From Candidatus Krumholzibacteriia bacterium (GTDB lineage Bacteria; Krumholzibacteriota; Krumholzibacteriia; LZORAL124-64-63), in NCBI GenBank assembly GCA_046484865.1, contig JAWOID010000002.1, forward strand, positions 1 to 18,053: a stretch of DNA of 18,053 nucleotides, in the 5' to 3' direction. Positions 15,744 through 18,053 of this stretch are shown one piece after another. Below the pieces are notes generated by a model. It had not been told where the DNA came from. It saw only the letters and a list, made by a program, of their open reading frames with translations, and ran no database searches. A program made the position numbers and the translations under genes. Positions within the stretch are counted from its first letter, which is position 1. Every line of letters begins with the position of its first letter.

Positions 15744-18053
15744 ATGATCTCGCTCGTCTCCCGCTGGTGGCACCGGTCGGGCAACCGGCCATCGCGGGCC
15801 GCAGCGCCCGTCATCGGGCTCCTGGTCGTGGTGCAGGTGCTGGCGCTGAGTCTCTTCGCCGCGCCGGCGCCCGCAGCCGAGACGCCCGGACCGCATCCCC
15901 ATCCCCTCGGCGGCAGTGCCGCCGATCGCGCCACGGCTCTCGAGCGCGTGCAACCGCGACTGCAGCGGCTGCACGATGACGGCTGGAGTGCGCTGCAGCA
16001 CCTGCGGCTGGCCGGCGAGAAGGCTCCCGCGAGTCTCGAGGCCGTCCTGGTGACCTGCGACTTCGCCGACAGCCTGCTGGTGGGGCGGCACGGGCAGGTG
16101 CCCGGTGATTTTCCGGCTCCCGCACAGTCCGCTTTCTACTACGCAGCCCACGATTCGGTCTATTTCCACCACCTGATGGCGGATGTCGCGGCCTACTTCG
16201 GCGACGTCAGCGGCGGCCGCTTCGCCCTGAACTTCACCGTGCATCCGCGCACGGTGAACCTGCCCGAGGCCATGGGATTCTACGGCGATCACGCGGTGGA
16301 AGGCGAACAGCACGTGCTGCTCGCGGCGGCCGTGGTGGACAGTCTCGACGGGGAGATCGACTTCTCGCGCTACGACACCGTCATCCTGGTGCATGCCGGG
16401 GCCGGCGAGGAGACCGACATTCTCGGCAACTCGCCCGAGCAGATCTTCAGCACCTACCTGGGACCGGACGATTTCGCGGCGGCGGCGGCCGACTCGGTGA
16501 TCGAGCAACCGTACCTGGCGACCGACGACTTCCCCGCCGGTCGGGGCATCGAACACGTGATGGTCTTGCCCGAGACCGAGTTCCAGGATGGCGTCCTCTA
16601 CGGCAGTCTGGGCGTCTACTGCTTCGAGGTGGGACTGCGCCTGGGAATGCTCTCCCTGAGCGATTTCACTCCGCCCGGGGCGCCTGACAGCCAGGGGATC
16701 GGCCAGTTCGGTCTCATGGGGTACGGCCTGTTCGTGGCCGGCGGCTACATCCCTGCCCACCCCATCGCCTTCAACAAGCTGCTCATGGGGTGGCTGGAAC
16801 CGCAGATCGCCGATCCCGACGCGGAGCCGCTGGTGACGGTCCGGCCCGCGGAGCAGGCCGGCGGCGAGGATCCCACGGTGCGGGTCGAGATCAACGGCCG
16901 CGAGTACTGGCTGGCCGAGTACCGACTGCAGGATCCCGACGGGAACCACGACTTCGACTTTCCGGGCGACCTCAACGGCAACGGCATCCCCGACTACTGG
17001 GACGCGGACAGCGTCTTCGGCGACGGCACTCCCAGCGGCTTCTTCGATCCGGCGACCGACATCCACGAGTCGCTCGTGGGCGCGGAGTGGGACTTCTTCA
17101 TGAGCGAGAACGTGGCGCGCGATCCCCACGACATCACCGAGCGCGGATCCGGCAGCGGCCTCTACATCTGGCATGTGGACGAGGGAGTGATCGCCGACGT
17201 GTTCTCGTCGCGCCGCAACCTCTTCAACGCCGATCCGCGGCGCAAGTCGGTGGACCTGGAGGAGGCCGACGGGATCCAGGACCTCGACTCGCGCAACCCG
17301 TCGCCGTACATGTTCGGCGGCGACGACGACAGCTTCCGCGGCGAGGGCCAGGACCGCTTCGGCCCGTACACCCGCCCGGACACTCGCAGCGCGGGCGGCG
17401 CCTGGACAGGCATCCTTTTCGAGGACATCAGCCCGGTGGTGCTCGACTCCACCCACGCCTACCCGGATGGACGCGTGGGCATCCTCTATGCCGACAGCCT
17501 CACCTTCCGTCTGCGCCGGCTGCCGGCCGCGGCGGCGGCGCCGGTGATGGTGGCCCGGCGCGAGCTGCCCGCCGGAGCGGACCTCGCCGGCTCGCACCTG
17601 CTCGCGGTCGATCTCGACGGTGACGGTTCCAGCGAGATCGTGGCTGCGGGACATGTGGGCGAGGTCTGGGCGTTCGGGTCCGACCTCTCGGAGCACGTCG
17701 ATCGGGACGGCGACCCCGCCACGACCGAGCCGCTGGCGGTGGGTCGCGACGGCGCCGGGCGACCGGTGGTCTGGAACCTGCCGGCCGCCGCGGGCGATCT
17801 GGACGGTGACGGCGCGCTCGAGATCGTGCTCACCGGTCCGGACGGGCTGTACGGTTTCGACGCCGCCGGGGACGAGATCGCGGATGGGGACCTCGACCCT
17901 GCGAGCTTCGGCCGGCTGGTCGCACTGGAGGATTGCCGGGTGCCGGCGGTGCTGATACCCCGGCTGCTCGGCGCCGACCCCGGTGCGCCGGCGGCCGCGG
18001 TGGTCGTGGAGTCGCGGGCGGGCGCCAGCGTCCTGCGCTTCCTGACCGCGGCC
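15744..18053 (+). CDS. Secreted M6 (immune inhibitor A)-like metalloprotease homologue with FG-GAP/VCBS repeats; zinc motif degenerate; truncated at the 3' window edge (at least 770 aa)
   Basis: Manually translated open frame from ATG 15744 (GAGAGG RBS) to the end: signal peptide, YFGDVSGGRF, IDFSRYD, ILVHAGAGEE, FGLMGYG, NKLLMGW, EYWLAEYR, SGLYIWHVDE, VDLEEADG, then DLDGDGSSEIV and DLDGDGALEIV. Confidence 0.88.
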   Translation, partial: MISLVSRWWHRSGNRPSRAAAPVIGLLVVVQVLALSLFAAPAPAAETPGPHPHPLGGSAADRATALERVQPRLQRLHDDGWSALQHLRLAGEKAPASLEAVLVTCDFADSLLVGRHGQVPGDFPAPAQSAFYYAAHDSVYFHHLMADVAAYFGDVSGGRFALNFTVHPRTVNLPEAMGFYGDHAVEGEQHVLLAAAVVDSLDGEIDFSRYDTVILVHAGAGEETDILGNSPEQIFSTYLGPDDFAAAAADSVIEQPYLATDDFPAGRGIEHVMVLPETEFQDGVLYGSLGVYCFEVGLRLGMLSLSDFTPPGAPDSQGIGQFGLMGYGLFVAGGYIPAHPIAFNKLLMGWLEPQIADPDAEPLVTVRPAEQAGGEDPTVRVEINGREYWLAEYRLQDPDGNHDFDFPGDLNGNGIPDYWDADSVFGDGTPSGFFDPATDIHESLVGAEWDFFMSENVARDPHDITERGSGSGLYIWHVDEGVIADVFSSRRNLFNADPRRKSVDLEEADGIQDLDSRNPSPYMFGGDDDSFRGEGQDRFGPYTRPDTRSAGGAWTGILFEDISPVVLDSTHAYPDGRVGILYADSLTFRLRRLPAAAAAPVMVARRELPAGADLAGSHLLAVDLDGDGSSEIVAAGHVGEVWAFGSDLSEHVDRDGDPATTEPLAVGRDGAGRPVVWNLPAAAGDLDGDGALEIVLTGPDGLYGFDAAGDEIADGDLDPASFGRLVALEDCRVPAVLIPRLLGADPGAPAAAVVVESRAGASVLRFLTAA

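Noticed and set aside
15744..18053. Pseudogene call for the M6-like gene
   Set aside because: The frame is open for 770 codons with promoter, RBS and signal peptide intact; only the metal ligands are changed.

Overview
High-GC bacterial DNA. The gene content suggests an FCB-group lineage such as Krumholzibacteriota/Eisenbacteria, but that is inference only. The left half is housekeeping: a CDF metal transporter, a long-chain acyl-CoA synthetase, MutY, an Rrf2 regulator, RlmN and an NtrX-like sigma54 response regulator. The right half holds a candidate undescribed signalling module. A sigma70 promoter precedes a 100-aa secreted acidic peptide and a 1034-aa TPR-GAF-sigma54 activator. These are followed by two 17-bp enhancer-like sites, an IHF-like element and a sigma54 promoter (11463-11478). 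That promoter would fire into a ~325-nt, ORF-less, densely base-paired RNA that has two mutually exclusive folds. A second sigma54 promoter (12222-12237) precedes an FN3-like lipoprotein and a secreted DUF4384-like protein carrying a CxxCH motif. The window ends in a secreted M6 (immune inhibitor A)-like / FG-GAP protein that is absent from the ORF track because it runs off the end. All three of its zinc ligands are substituted, so it is a probable pseudoprotease. All calls were made by eye; no searches or folding programs were run.
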